Notes: a model not told the origin generated them from the letters alone. 64,000 bases of DNA from Planctomycetota bacterium (GCA_965228735.1 OZ245838.1:3168001-3232000); one strand, 5' to 3'. Shown: positions 48,511-58,644, counted from the first letter of the stretch. A program made the numbers and translations.

Positions 48511-49866
48511 TCAGCGCCCTGCGAGCAACCGATACATCCGCTCGTCGTCGAACGGCTCACGCACGTGCAGGTATGCCCGATGCTGCACCCGAGCGACGAC
48601 CACATCGAGCGCGGGGAACACCCAGACGTCGGTGTCGAGGTAGCCGCGCATCGACCAGCCGCGCCCGTCCGGTTCGCGCCACCACAGCAGGCCGTAGCCG
48701 CCGTTCTGCGGACTGGCGGCGAGCATCTGGTCCAGCCACGCCTCGGAAACGACCCGGCCGTGACCCGGCCACTCGCCGCGGCGCCGAACGAGCTCGCCGA
48801 AACGGGCGAACTCCCGCAGCGTCGTCGCGGCGTCGGCGTAGGTGTTGGTCGCGCCGCGCAGGCGGCGCATCGCCGTGTTGGTCGCGCCGATCGGTTCGAA
48901 CAACGCCGCCTTCGCGAACTCGGCCAGCGACGTGCCGGCCGCGTGTTCGAGGATGGGCGACAGCAGCTGCACGCCCTCGTTCGTGTACTCGAACTTCTCG
49001 CCCGGCTGGCGCACGACCTCCTGCCGGCGCGCGAAGTCCGTCCAGCTGTCGTCCGGCCGACGCTCGACCTGCGAGCGCCGCGGCAATCCGGCGGTCATCG
49101 TCAGCAGATGCCGCACGGTGACGTCACCCCGGCGCCCCTCCGCCCACTCGGGCAGGTACTCGCTCACGCGGGCGTCGATCTGCAGCGCGCCGCGATCGAC
49201 GAGGATGCCGGCGAGCAGGCCGGTGATCGACTTGCAGGACGACATCGTGGGCATCGGCTCGCGATAGAGCGGCGAGTAGAACTCGACCTCGATGCGGCCC
49301 TTGCGCGTCACCAGCAACCCGTCCGCGCCCGACCGGCGCGCGAGCTCGACGAGCTCTTCCCGGGTGGCGTCGTCGTACGGCGACGTCGCGGGGTCGCGTG
49401 GCTGCCAGTAGCTGTCGTTCGCGGGCGGTTCGAACGGGTCGCCGGCAGCGGCGAGCCCCGGCAACGGCGGCAACCCGAGCGCCGCGCGCAACAGCCGCAT
49501 CTCGATCCGCAGCGGATCGTCCGCGTCGAGCTCGCGCGCCGCCTCGGCGAACGAGCGGAACGCCTGCGTCGCATCCGCGCGCCGGAGCTTCTGGCGCGCG
49601 AACGCGAGGTGCAGCCACAGGTCACAGCGCTGGACCACGCTGCCGACCTTCGCCTGCAGCAGCCGTTCCGCGCGTTGCGCGGCGTTCTCGTGCTGCCCCG
49701 TCTGGTTGTCGTGCCGCACGGTCCAGATCTCGGCCGGCAGTTGCTGCCGCATCGCCGCAGCGTCCGCCGGCTGCTGCGCCACAACCGTCACCCCGAAGCC
49801 GACTCCGAGACTGACTCCGAGAATCGGGCCAGCGAAGGAGGAGACCACCACCCGCCAACACACCAT
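48511..49866 (-). CDS. Serine hydrolase, beta-lactamase class C-like family, with N-terminal TPR-like helices
   Basis: SxxK (SSCKS), TVRHLLTMTAGL, YxN (FEYTN), YGLLWW. Start uncertain. Confidence 0.82.
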   Translation of the reverse strand: MVCWRVVVSSFAGPILGVSLGVGFGVTVVAQQPADAAAMRQQLPAEIWTVRHDNQTGQHENAAQRAERLLQAKVGSVVQRCDLWLHLAFARQKLRRADATQAFRSFAEAARELDADDPLRIEMRLLRAALGLPPLPGLAAAGDPFEPPANDSYWQPRDPATSPYDDATREELVELARRSGADGLLVTRKGRIEVEFYSPLYREPMPTMSSCKSITGLLAGILVDRGALQIDARVSEYLPEWAEGRRGDVTVRHLLTMTAGLPRRSQVERRPDDSWTDFARRQEVVRQPGEKFEYTNEGVQLLSPILEHAAGTSLAEFAKAALFEPIGATNTAMRRLRGATNTYADAATTLREFARFGELVRRRGEWPGHGRVVSEAWLDQMLAASPQNGGYGLLWWREPDGRGWSMRGYLDTDVWVFPALDVVVARVQHRAYLHVREPFDDERMYRLLAGR

Positions 49867-50014
49867 TCCGCCATGGTATCGCGCCCACCGCGGAAGTCTC
49901 GCCGCGTACGGTAGAGCGTCGTCAGAGCGGCAACGGAAAGCGGTTCCAAGACCATGGAATCGGGTAGTCTGCTAGCCAACCTCGCGGCCCACGGCCGCCC
50001 ACCTCGGAGTCTCC

Positions 50015-50959
50015 ATGCTGTCCCGCACCTCTCTCGTTCTCTTCCTCGTCCTTGCCGCCCTCGCCACCAGCGTGTCCGCGCAGTGCCTGACCACGCTCTA
50101 CGCCCGCAACAACGGCGGCAGCAACGGCGGCGCGATCTACTTCGACGTCGACGTCATCAACCCCGCCGGCCTCACGGTCACCGTGATCGACACGAACACG
50201 GCCGAGACCGTGCCACTGCAACTCGACGTCTACACGATCTCCGGCAGCCACGTCGGCAACGAAACGACGGGCGCATGGACGCTCGTCTCGTCGGGCACGG
50301 CGACCGGTGCGGGCCAGAACAACCCGACCTCCATCGACGTCACCGACTTCATGCTGCCAGTCGGCCAGACCGGCATCGCGCTCGTGATGAACTCGGCGGC
50401 CGGCCACGACTACACCAACGGCAACGGCAGCAACCAGGTCTACTCCAACGCCGATCTCACGATCACGTGCGGCTCGGCGACGAACGTGCCGTTCTCGGGC
50501 AACCCGTTCACGCCGCGCGTGTGGAACGGCACGCTCTACTACACCACGCCCGGCGGTTCGCCGTGCGCGACGGTCGGCTCGTTCGGCGCCGGCTGCGGCA
50601 CCCAACCACTGACGCTAACGGCGAGCGCGCGGCCGAGCTTCGGCACGACGTTCACGGCTGACACGAGCAACATCTCGGCGACGACCAACTTCGGCGTCGT
50701 CCTGCTCGGCCTCATCGAGATCAACCCGCCGTTCGACCTCGCGGCGATCGGCGCGCCCGGCTGCTTCCAGTACATCACGAACGACGTCACCCTCGTCTGG
50801 TTCCCCGCCGGCACGACGGCGAGCAACCCCGTGAGCATCCCGGCGAACCCGGGGCTCTCCGGTGTGCAGTTCTACGGCCAGTCGGTCGCGTTCGACGCAG
50901 CGGCGAACACGTTCGGCCTGCTGAGCTCCAACGCGCTCCACTTCGTCGTCGGCAGCTGA
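50015..50959 (+). CDS. Secreted hypothetical protein with canonical shared C-terminal domain
   Basis: GGAG RBS; ...TSVSA-Q; C-terminus FGAGC...PSFG...APGC...IPANPGLSG...YGQ...SSNAL. Confidence 0.85.
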   Translation: MLSRTSLVLFLVLAALATSVSAQCLTTLYARNNGGSNGGAIYFDVDVINPAGLTVTVIDTNTAETVPLQLDVYTISGSHVGNETTGAWTLVSSGTATGAGQNNPTSIDVTDFMLPVGQTGIALVMNSAAGHDYTNGNGSNQVYSNADLTITCGSATNVPFSGNPFTPRVWNGTLYYTTPGGSPCATVGSFGAGCGTQPLTLTASARPSFGTTFTADTSNISATTNFGVVLLGLIEINPPFDLAAIGAPGCFQYITNDVTLVWFPAGTTASNPVSIPANPGLSGVQFYGQSVAFDAAANTFGLLSSNALHFVVGS

Positions 50960-51032
50960 TCGCCGGAACAGCGGGGCACGGAGTCGAGAACCTCTGGCGC
51001 CCCCTCACGTCGGGCGGTAGCACGAGCTATCG

Positions 51033-52142
51033 ATGCCGAGAACCCCGATCGCCCTGAGGCTGCTCGCCATCCTGGCGAGCGGCAACCTGTCGACCCAGAC
51101 GTTCATCGTCGACGCGAGCAACGGTCCCGGGACGAACTTCACCTCGATCAGCGCCGCGATCACCGCCGTGCCCGACGGCGCGGTGCTCGACGTCCGCGCG
51201 GGCCTCTACGCGCCGTTCACCATCGCGGGCAAGTCGATCACGGTGCTCGGCTCGCCCGGCGTCGTCGTGAACGGCCTCGCGGTGGTCGTGACGATCCGCG
51301 GACTGCAGGCTGCGCAAGCGGTCACGTTGCGAGGCATCGAGTTCCGCAGTGTGCTCCGCGGCAGCGCGCTCGTCTGCCAGAGCTGCCGCGGTGCGATCCT
51401 GCTCGACGATTGCGACGCCAACCCGCTGACCTCGTCGGTCGGCGGCCAACTGGACGTCATGGACTGTGATCAGGTGAGCTGCCGCGGCTGCTGGTTCGGC
51501 GGCACGATGCCCGCAGCTGCGGTGACGGCGAGCAACGTCGCGTTCACCCACTGCATCCTGTCGGCTCATCTGCTCGGATCCGCGCTGTCGACGCTCGACA
51601 GTGACGTGTCACTCAGCAACTGCCTGGTCTGGTCCGGTCTCGGCTCGACGATCCTCGTGGGCAACGGCAAGCTCGCGGTCACTGGCCACTCGACCCTGCG
51701 CAAATCGGTGCCCGCGGCTCCGACGGCCGTCATCGACGGCACGGGCACGGCCGCCGTTCACCCCGATACGACCATCGAAGCACAAGGCTCACCGAGCTAC
51801 GCGGGCGTCGTCGTGACGACGGCGTTCACCCCGCAGGTCGGCGCCTGGACCGAACCGCTCGGGGGCACGGCAACGGCCGAACTGCGGGTGCCACCTGGTG
51901 CGACGGGCGCGCTGTTCGTCGGCCTGCCGGGTCCACCGACATTCTTCAGTGGCGTGCCCGATCCGATCTGGATCCGCGACGGCACCGCGATCCTGCGTGC
52001 CACCGGCTCCGGCATCCTCACGGCGAACTACGCCGTGCCGAGCGCGCCATCGACGCTCGGCACGCTCATCGTCTGGCAAGGCGTGACCCTCGGACCAGGC
52101 GGGCTCGCCGCGAGCAACCCCGTCGTCTACGTGCACGACTGA
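51033..52142 (+). CDS. Secreted right-handed beta-helix-like protein with C-terminal domain
   Basis: FIVDASNGPGTNFTSISAAI...DVRAGLY (beta-helix cap); C-terminus VPSAPSTLG...WQG...ASNPV. Confidence 0.7.
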   Translation: MPRTPIALRLLAILASGNLSTQTFIVDASNGPGTNFTSISAAITAVPDGAVLDVRAGLYAPFTIAGKSITVLGSPGVVVNGLAVVVTIRGLQAAQAVTLRGIEFRSVLRGSALVCQSCRGAILLDDCDANPLTSSVGGQLDVMDCDQVSCRGCWFGGTMPAAAVTASNVAFTHCILSAHLLGSALSTLDSDVSLSNCLVWSGLGSTILVGNGKLAVTGHSTLRKSVPAAPTAVIDGTGTAAVHPDTTIEAQGSPSYAGVVVTTAFTPQVGAWTEPLGGTATAELRVPPGATGALFVGLPGPPTFFSGVPDPIWIRDGTAILRATGSGILTANYAVPSAPSTLGTLIVWQGVTLGPGGLAASNPVVYVHD

Positions 52143-52226
52143 TCGCAAGCGGCAACCGCGGACCGACCCGGCCGCCCTGGTCCCGAACTGAGCCGATTCG
52201 ACTCCAGACGTTTCAGGTCGCGACCG

Positions 52227-53168
52227 ATGTCCGGCCCCGTGCCCGGTTCCCGAGTCGCTGCGCTACTCCTCGTCCCGACGCTGGCGGTCTCGAGCTGCGA
52301 TCATCCAGGACTCGATCGTGACCAGATCGACATGCTGTTCGAGCTCGACCCGCGCAGCGCACCGACGCGACCGACGACCGCGGCGGAGTTGGCGCTCGGC
52401 TCCCGGTTGTTCGAGACGGGCTTCGGAGAACGATCCTGCTCGCAATGCCATACGAGGTCCGGCCACGGACAGGATGGCCGGACGCACGAACGCAACACCC
52501 CGGCGCTGGCCGACGTCTCACGCCAGCTCGTCCTCGGCTGGGACGGTCATGGGTCGGACCTCCGAGCGACCGTGGCCACGGAGCTGGCTCGCCGCACGGG
52601 AATCGCGACCGACGCGGACGCCACGCGATGGGTCGCGGGTGACATCGGTCTCCAGGCTGCGTTCGACAACGTTCATCCGGGCGCGCCGGCGACTCGCGAT
52701 CGCCTCATCGACGCTCTCGTCGTCCATCTCGATCATTGGCGCACGCGCGGACGCTGGGACGACTTCGTCGAGGGCGACGACGCCGCACTGAGCGCGGCCG
52801 AACGGGCCGGCCTCGCCACGTTCGTCGAAGTCGGCTGCGCGGCCTGCCATGCCGGCCGGACGCTCGGCGGCCGCTCGCGCCACAAACTCGGCGCCGCGCT
52901 GCCGTACGAGACGGATGACACCGGCCTGGCGGCCGTCACCGGCGAGCCTTCGGACCGCTACTTCTTCAAGGCGCCGATGCTGCGGCTGGCCGCGGCTACC
53001 GGGCCGTACCTGCACGACGGCTCGGTCGACCGCCTCGACGCCGCGGTCCGGCTGATGGCGCGCCACGAGCTCGGGCACGAGATCGCCGATCCGGACGTGA
53101 CCGCCATCGTCACGTTCCTGCGCGCGACCGCCGATGTCGACCCGGCCGCTGCGCGACCACCGCGTTGA
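52227..53168 (+). CDS. Di-haem cytochrome c peroxidase (compact, lipoprotein)
   Basis: VSSC lipobox; CSQCH, RNTPAL, WDG, CAACH, FKAPMLR, PYLHDG, AVRLM. Confidence 0.85.
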   Translation: MSGPVPGSRVAALLLVPTLAVSSCDHPGLDRDQIDMLFELDPRSAPTRPTTAAELALGSRLFETGFGERSCSQCHTRSGHGQDGRTHERNTPALADVSRQLVLGWDGHGSDLRATVATELARRTGIATDADATRWVAGDIGLQAAFDNVHPGAPATRDRLIDALVVHLDHWRTRGRWDDFVEGDDAALSAAERAGLATFVEVGCAACHAGRTLGGRSRHKLGAALPYETDDTGLAAVTGEPSDRYFFKAPMLRLAAATGPYLHDGSVDRLDAAVRLMARHELGHEIADPDVTAIVTFLRATADVDPAAARPPR

Positions 53169-53236
53169 TCCGGAAGCACACCCACCCTCGAAGCCGTTGC
53201 CAGAACCAGACGATCCGAACCGAACCAGTGTCCGAC

Positions 53237-53968
53237 ATGTCCGACCGACCCAACTCTCCGACTTCTGCCGCCGCTTGGCCGCATCATCCTGCGAAGCGCC
53301 GCGTGCGTCCGGCCGTCGCGATTCCGCTGCTCGTCGTCAGCGGGCTGCTCGTCACCGCCGCGTTCTTCGCGTATCGCAAGGTGCAGTCGAGCTACCTCAA
53401 CCGCAACGAGTCCGCCGCCATCGCCACGCTCAAGAACATCTCGAGCGCGCAGGCCCAACTGCAGGCCACGGGACTGCTCGATTGCAACGGCAACGGGCAA
53501 GGCGAGTACGGCTTCTTCGCCGAGCTCGCCGGCGGCCAGCCGCTGCGCGGCACGGCGAAGCGGCTGCAGCCGCCCGTTCTGTCGCGAGCGTTCGCCACGC
53601 TCGTGGAGGGCCGGGTCGAACGGTCGGGTTACGTGTTCCAGATGTTCCTGCCCGACCGCGAGGCGCGCGGCGTCGCGGAGGATCCGCACGGGGGCGATGT
53701 CGACAACGACAACGGCGTCGACCCGGCGCACGCGGAGACGATGTGGTGCTGCTACGCCTGGCCGGCAGAACGTGGGTTCAGCGGCAGTCGCATCTTCTTC
53801 ATCGGCCAGGGCGGCGATGTGCTCGCGACCAACGGCGCGACGAGGTCGTACGAGGGCCGCGACGATCCGTGCACGTTCGATGCAGCGTTCGCCGGTGAGG
53901 CCCGGCTCCACGAGATGGTCGCCGCCAACACCCTCGCCAACGACGGCAACTTCTGGGTCGTCGTTTGA
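53237..53968 (+). CDS. Pilin-like / DUF2950-like membrane-anchored protein
   Basis: TM then NESAAIATLKNISSAQ, GEYG, SGYVF, YAWP, GSRIFFI; no prepilin G/FTLIE site seen. Confidence 0.6.
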   Translation: MSDRPNSPTSAAAWPHHPAKRRVRPAVAIPLLVVSGLLVTAAFFAYRKVQSSYLNRNESAAIATLKNISSAQAQLQATGLLDCNGNGQGEYGFFAELAGGQPLRGTAKRLQPPVLSRAFATLVEGRVERSGYVFQMFLPDREARGVAEDPHGGDVDNDNGVDPAHAETMWCCYAWPAERGFSGSRIFFIGQGGDVLATNGATRSYEGRDDPCTFDAAFAGEARLHEMVAANTLANDGNFWVVV

Positions 53969-54125
53969 TGATCCGAACCGCGGCCGCGTGACGGCCGCCT
54001 CGTGCCGGCAGCAGAAAGCCGGATTTCGCGCCAGGATCGGCGTGACGCCGCGGCGGGGACATCGTCTTGCCGCTGGCAGACCGGTGCAGGGCATCGGCGC
54101 CACTCCCCTCACCGCTCCGAACGCC

Positions 54126-55355
54126 ATGTCCCCGATCCTCCGCTCCCTCCGGGCGGTCCGGCAGCTCACGCTGGCCGGCACCGCCGCTCTGCTCGCCGTC
54201 GCCACGCTGCCCGCTCAGGACAACATCCTGATGTACGGCAGCAGCATCATCCAGGGCTCGACGGCCGGCTACCTCGCGGATCTCGTCGCGCAGACCGGCG
54301 CGCCGACTCCCAACGTCGTCACCTCCATCGGCGGCGACCGCACGACGTCCCATCACGTCAACAACATCGGGGCGATCAGCTCCCTGCCGAGCGGGCAGAC
54401 CTGGACCGCGATGATCGTGCAGGGCCACACGCTCGAGACGACGGACTTCATGGGGCAGCCGGCCGCGTTCCAGGCCAACATGCTGACGCTGGGCAACGCG
54501 CTGTACGCGCACAGCCCGCAGGCGCTCTTCGTCGGGCACGAGACCGGCGCCGATCACCCGAACAGTTCGCGCTACCCCGCCTGGTTCGACGACGCCGCGA
54601 CGTGGCTCGCGTTCCCGCAGGCGGCATACGCCGAAGCGGCAGCGGCGATCGACGAAGCCAACCCGAGCGCGCCCCCCGCGCGCATCGCCAAACAGGGCAC
54701 GTGCTGGGCCAACACGATCGGCTACGGCATGTTGTTCTACGGCAACGACCTGCACCACCTCAGCACCCAGGGCAAGGTGCTCGTCGCGTGCCTCTACTAC
54801 ATCACGATCTACGGCGGCCGCATCGAGGACATCGACGTCGACTTCGCGAGTTCGACGCCGCTCGTCAGCCGCTTGCTCGCCGATGGCATCGACGCGGAGA
54901 AGTGGGGTCGCATCGTCGGCTACGCGGACCGCTCGCAGCCGCGCGCCGCGCGCGCGCTGCCCGGCACGGACAGCGACTTCCAGATGCGCGTCGGGATCAA
55001 CAGCACCATCACCACGCTGACGTCGACCAAGACCGCGGTCGATGGCGACACCGTGAACGTGCGCCTGCTCTCCCCGCTCGACGACAACATCGATTTCCCG
55101 GGCGGCGTCTACTTCCAGTGGCTGCCGACCGGCACGACGCCGAACAGCGGCGCGATCCCCGGTCTGCAGCTCGACCGGGCGCTCATGGGCACGTGGTTCT
55201 CCGTGCCCGACCTGAACGGTGGCATCGTGACCCAGACGATCCCGCCGGGATCGGCCGGCATGAGCCTGTGGATCCAGGGCGTCAGCCGTGGCCCGACCGG
55301 GTCGCCGCAGTATTCGATCGCGTTCAGCGACGCGCAGGTGATCGAGGTCCAGTAG
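54126..55355 (+). CDS. Secreted SGNH/GDSL-like hydrolase with C-terminal domain
   Basis: ...TLPA-Q; ILMYGSS (block I), MIVQG, NDLHHLS (DxxH). Confidence 0.65.
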   Translation: MSPILRSLRAVRQLTLAGTAALLAVATLPAQDNILMYGSSIIQGSTAGYLADLVAQTGAPTPNVVTSIGGDRTTSHHVNNIGAISSLPSGQTWTAMIVQGHTLETTDFMGQPAAFQANMLTLGNALYAHSPQALFVGHETGADHPNSSRYPAWFDDAATWLAFPQAAYAEAAAAIDEANPSAPPARIAKQGTCWANTIGYGMLFYGNDLHHLSTQGKVLVACLYYITIYGGRIEDIDVDFASSTPLVSRLLADGIDAEKWGRIVGYADRSQPRAARALPGTDSDFQMRVGINSTITTLTSTKTAVDGDTVNVRLLSPLDDNIDFPGGVYFQWLPTGTTPNSGAIPGLQLDRALMGTWFSVPDLNGGIVTQTIPPGSAGMSLWIQGVSRGPTGSPQYSIAFSDAQVIEVQ

Positions 55356-55377
55356 CGCGCCGCCGCGATGGCGCGCG

Positions 55378-56229
55378 CTACGGCTTCGCGGTGAACGTCG
55401 CCGAGCCGAGGCGCAGCGTGTTCAGCGGGTCCATCGCATCGAACTCGGCGACCTGCCACCACGTGCCGGTCGTCAGCATCGAGTATGCGATGCCCGCTTC
55501 GGTCGGGGACTGCGGCGCCCAGTGCGGCGAGTTCGACAAGCCGACGAACACCGGGTTGTCGAGCTCGATCGTGCCGAACGGCTGCGATACGGGTGTCGGC
55601 AGCAACGCCCCCGACGCGAAGATCAGGAACACGTGGTTCGGTGCATGACTCGCGGTCGACCACAGCGAGAACTCGGCCGTCGGCGCCGGCGGCGACTGGA
55701 AGTTCTCGGTATGCCCGGGGACCAGGAATGGTGCGCGTTCGGCGGTGAGCTGCGCGGGGTAGATCCGGCCGATGCCGCCCGCCTGGTAGATGTTGGACTC
55801 CAGCATCAGGAGGTTCACGCCCTGGCGCAGCGACACCCGGAACTGCGGCACGTCCATGTTCGTGGTTCCGCTGTCGTCCTGCCGCCACGTGCCGCTGTCC
55901 CCCGACGGCAGGAGCCGCCAGGTCACGTCCTCGCGCGAACCGGCAACTGCGAACACGGTGTTGAGGTCCAGCAGGTGGGAACCACCCTGGGCGACCTGGA
56001 ACGTGGTCAGCGCCACGACCGGCGAGACGACGTAGTGCGGCGCAGCCTGGATCGGCTGGCACACGATCTGCGAATTGCTCTGCGACACCACCACCTCGCT
56101 GGGGTCGTGCACGACCGTCCAGGTGGAGAGCGGCGGCAGGGTGACGGACTGAGCGGCTGCGGGCGCACAGGACAGCGCGATGGCGAGCGCGCAGAACGCG
56201 GACGAAGCGGGCAGGCGTGTCGATTTCAT
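55378..56229 (-). CDS. Secreted hypothetical protein, probably carrying a divergent shared C-terminal domain
   Basis: Signal ...APAAA-Q; C-terminus FLIFASG...PFGTIEL...WWQVAEFD...LGSA. Confidence 0.7.
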   Translation of the reverse strand: MKSTRLPASSAFCALAIALSCAPAAAQSVTLPPLSTWTVVHDPSEVVVSQSNSQIVCQPIQAAPHYVVSPVVALTTFQVAQGGSHLLDLNTVFAVAGSREDVTWRLLPSGDSGTWRQDDSGTTNMDVPQFRVSLRQGVNLLMLESNIYQAGGIGRIYPAQLTAERAPFLVPGHTENFQSPPAPTAEFSLWSTASHAPNHVFLIFASGALLPTPVSQPFGTIELDNPVFVGLSNSPHWAPQSPTEAGIAYSMLTTGTWWQVAEFDAMDPLNTLRLGSATFTAKP

Positions 56230-56571
56230 GATCGGAGATCGAGGAAGACGTGAAAGAGACGGCCGGGCTCCTCCCCGGCTCTGCGAGCGAAGCAGAGCCG
56301 CCGCACCGTGCCCGATTCGACGCTCCTTCTCCGTGCTAGTGCGGGTTGCCGCTCAGGCAACCGGCGATTCGATGGAATCGAAGGCAACCGTCCTGGGCCC
56401 GGTTCTGGACGCCCGCAACGACCCGCAACGCCCCCGGGCGTCAAGCCAAGATCGCGGCAATCCCTCCGCACATTGGCTGCCACCCGAACCCCGCAACCTT
56501 CACGCGGGGCTCACCGCGTTCGTCGACGAGTCACGTTCTCTGGCGCTCTGACCGTTTCGGAGAACACACAC

Positions 56572-58506
56572 ATGACCAAGACACTTTCCATCCTCACGGC
56601 GCTCGCGCTCTCGTCGGCGCTCAGCGCCCAGCTCTTTCCTCCGTCGTCGACGTTGCCCCGCGGTGAGGTGCAGCTCAACGACGACTACATCGACGTTGGC
56701 ACCCACGGCTGGGGGTCCTGGCGCATGGCCTCGCCGCGTGAGCTCGTGCAGCCGGGCCCGGCGGGAACCGCGCACACCGCCAACGTCGCCTACATGGTCT
56801 ATCTCGACACCGACGCGACGGGCACCGACGTCCTGCGGTTCCGCCGCACGACCACCGGCGGCTACTCGTGGGAAGCGGCCCAAACGATCTACACGCTCTC
56901 CTCGACCGAGTACTTCTCGGCCGGCGAGACGCGCCTGCTCGCGTTCGAGCACGAGGTCTACGTGGTGTTCGCGGCCAACCTGCACACCCAGGTCGGCGGT
57001 GCCGAAGCCGTGTTCGTCTTGGGTTCGGAGGACCAGGGGCAGAACTGGAACGGCCCGCTGCTGGTGTCGACCGGCATGACGACCAACACGCTGAACGACG
57101 CCGACGAGGTCAACGCCGCGATCTCGAGCGACACGTCCGGCAACTACGTCAACATCGTGTTCGAAGCCGACACCCCGTCGGTGACGAACGAGGACATCTT
57201 CTTCGTGCAGTGCGGCTTCGACACGAACGGCACGCTGCAGATCACCGTGCCGGAGACGCGGCTCAACCACGCGGTCCCGGCCGGCACCACGGACGTCGAC
57301 TTCACGTCGATCGCGGCCGACGGTCCGGTGATCCACATCGCATGGAACGACGATCGCGCCGGCGGCGGCAACAACCAGAACGACACGTTCTCGATGACGT
57401 CGCAGGCCAACGGCAACGACTTCGCCACGGTCACGGAGCTGCGGCACACGACGCAGCCCGCGCCGCTCAGCTGGGCGGCCCCCCGGCGCCCGCACGCCGC
57501 GGTCGATCTGCCGCACGTCTACACGTTCATGGAGCACGCCATCAACGGCCAGGACGACGTCTGGATGGACTGGTCGCAGGCCCTCGGCACGGCCGGCTCC
57601 TGGAGCCCGACGGTCGCCATCAACACCGCGACGCTCGGCAGCGGCGGCGACATCGACGGCTTCTACGTGATCGCGGATGACGGCAAGGTTGCCGTTGCCT
57701 ACGTGGATGACCGCCTCAACGGCGCCAACAACAACAGCAACAACCAGGCGGTGGTTGCGGTGAGCCTCAACGGCGGCACGGACTTCGTGAACGGCACGCA
57801 CGTCGAAGTGCCGCTAAGCATGCGCGATCCGAACCCGTTGTTCGGGATCGACTTCGTCGGCGATCTGATTGCGGTCCTCTACGAGACCAACTGCGGCGGC
57901 GGTGAGGACATCGGCATCTCGCTGAGCGCCGATAACGGCCAGAACTTCACGCACTACGACGTGACGAGCTTCGGCGGCTGCGGTCAGTCACCGGGCGGCG
58001 TAGACGTCGACGACCCGCGCGGCACGCTGACGCGGAACGGCGACTTCCTGTTCACCTGGATCGACGACCGCAGCCCGTCGGGCCAGGGCGTCGGCAACTC
58101 GTTCAACAACCTCTACACGACCGGCATCCACTGGCCGCAGCTGCTGGATCAGACCAGCACGAACCAGGGCCTGCGCTTCGAGGGCGACTCGCCGGCGAAC
58201 GTCGGTACCTGGGTCATGGTGATCCTCTCCGGCACCGGCACCTCGATGCAGTGGCAGCTCGATCCGACGAACGGTGTCCTGCCGAACCTCGAGTACGACT
58301 TCTGGAGCGTCGCTTCGATCGGCGGCGCGCTCGCGACCCCGCCGGGGCCGAATAACCTCAACTTCAACCTCATCGACCTCGGCGGCAACTGCGACTTCCC
58401 GAGCACGCCGAACCCGACGACGCTGACCGGGCTGCCGTTCTGGGCGACGGCGATCACGCTGCCCGCGAGCGGGCCGATCAAGTTCACGGACCCGATCGCG
58501 TTCTGA
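56572..58506 (+). CDS. Secreted BNR/sialidase-like beta-propeller with C-terminal domain
   Basis: GGAGA RBS; ...ALSA-Q; Asp boxes TTTGGYSW, SEDQGQNW, SLNGGTDF, SADNGQNF; WxDDR blade motifs. Confidence 0.78.
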   Translation: MTKTLSILTALALSSALSAQLFPPSSTLPRGEVQLNDDYIDVGTHGWGSWRMASPRELVQPGPAGTAHTANVAYMVYLDTDATGTDVLRFRRTTTGGYSWEAAQTIYTLSSTEYFSAGETRLLAFEHEVYVVFAANLHTQVGGAEAVFVLGSEDQGQNWNGPLLVSTGMTTNTLNDADEVNAAISSDTSGNYVNIVFEADTPSVTNEDIFFVQCGFDTNGTLQITVPETRLNHAVPAGTTDVDFTSIAADGPVIHIAWNDDRAGGGNNQNDTFSMTSQANGNDFATVTELRHTTQPAPLSWAAPRRPHAAVDLPHVYTFMEHAINGQDDVWMDWSQALGTAGSWSPTVAINTATLGSGGDIDGFYVIADDGKVAVAYVDDRLNGANNNSNNQAVVAVSLNGGTDFVNGTHVEVPLSMRDPNPLFGIDFVGDLIAVLYETNCGGGEDIGISLSADNGQNFTHYDVTSFGGCGQSPGGVDVDDPRGTLTRNGDFLFTWIDDRSPSGQGVGNSFNNLYTTGIHWPQLLDQTSTNQGLRFEGDSPANVGTWVMVILSGTGTSMQWQLDPTNGVLPNLEYDFWSVASIGGALATPPGPNNLNFNLIDLGGNCDFPSTPNPTTLTGLPFWATAITLPASGPIKFTDPIAF

Positions 58507-58582
58507 GCAAGGTTGCCCGCTTCGCGGGCAAACTTGCTCAGAACCTCGCCGCGCTCCTTCGGAGCGCGGCGAGGTCCTGAGC
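58501..58582. repeat. REP-like double-hairpin element, copy 2
   Basis: CTGAGCAAGGTTGCCCGC-TTC-GCGGGCAAACTTGCTCAG plus GCTCAGAACCTCGCCGCGCTCC-TTC-GGAGCGCGGCGAGGTCCTGAGC. Confidence 0.8.
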
Positions 58583-58644
58583 TTGATGCCCGCCGCCGGC
58601 GGGCTGCGTCAGCCAAGGTGAGTTTGTTCTTTGGGAGATCCGCC

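Noticed and set aside
48511..49866. Antibiotic-resistance beta-lactamase
   Set aside because: SxxK/YxN motifs define a broad serine hydrolase family; nothing indicates beta-lactam specificity.
32929..58582. The two hairpin repeats as CRISPR repeats, attC sites or ends of a 25-kb mobile element
   Set aside because: No array, cas, integrase or transposase gene; the enclosed genes look like ordinary chromosome.
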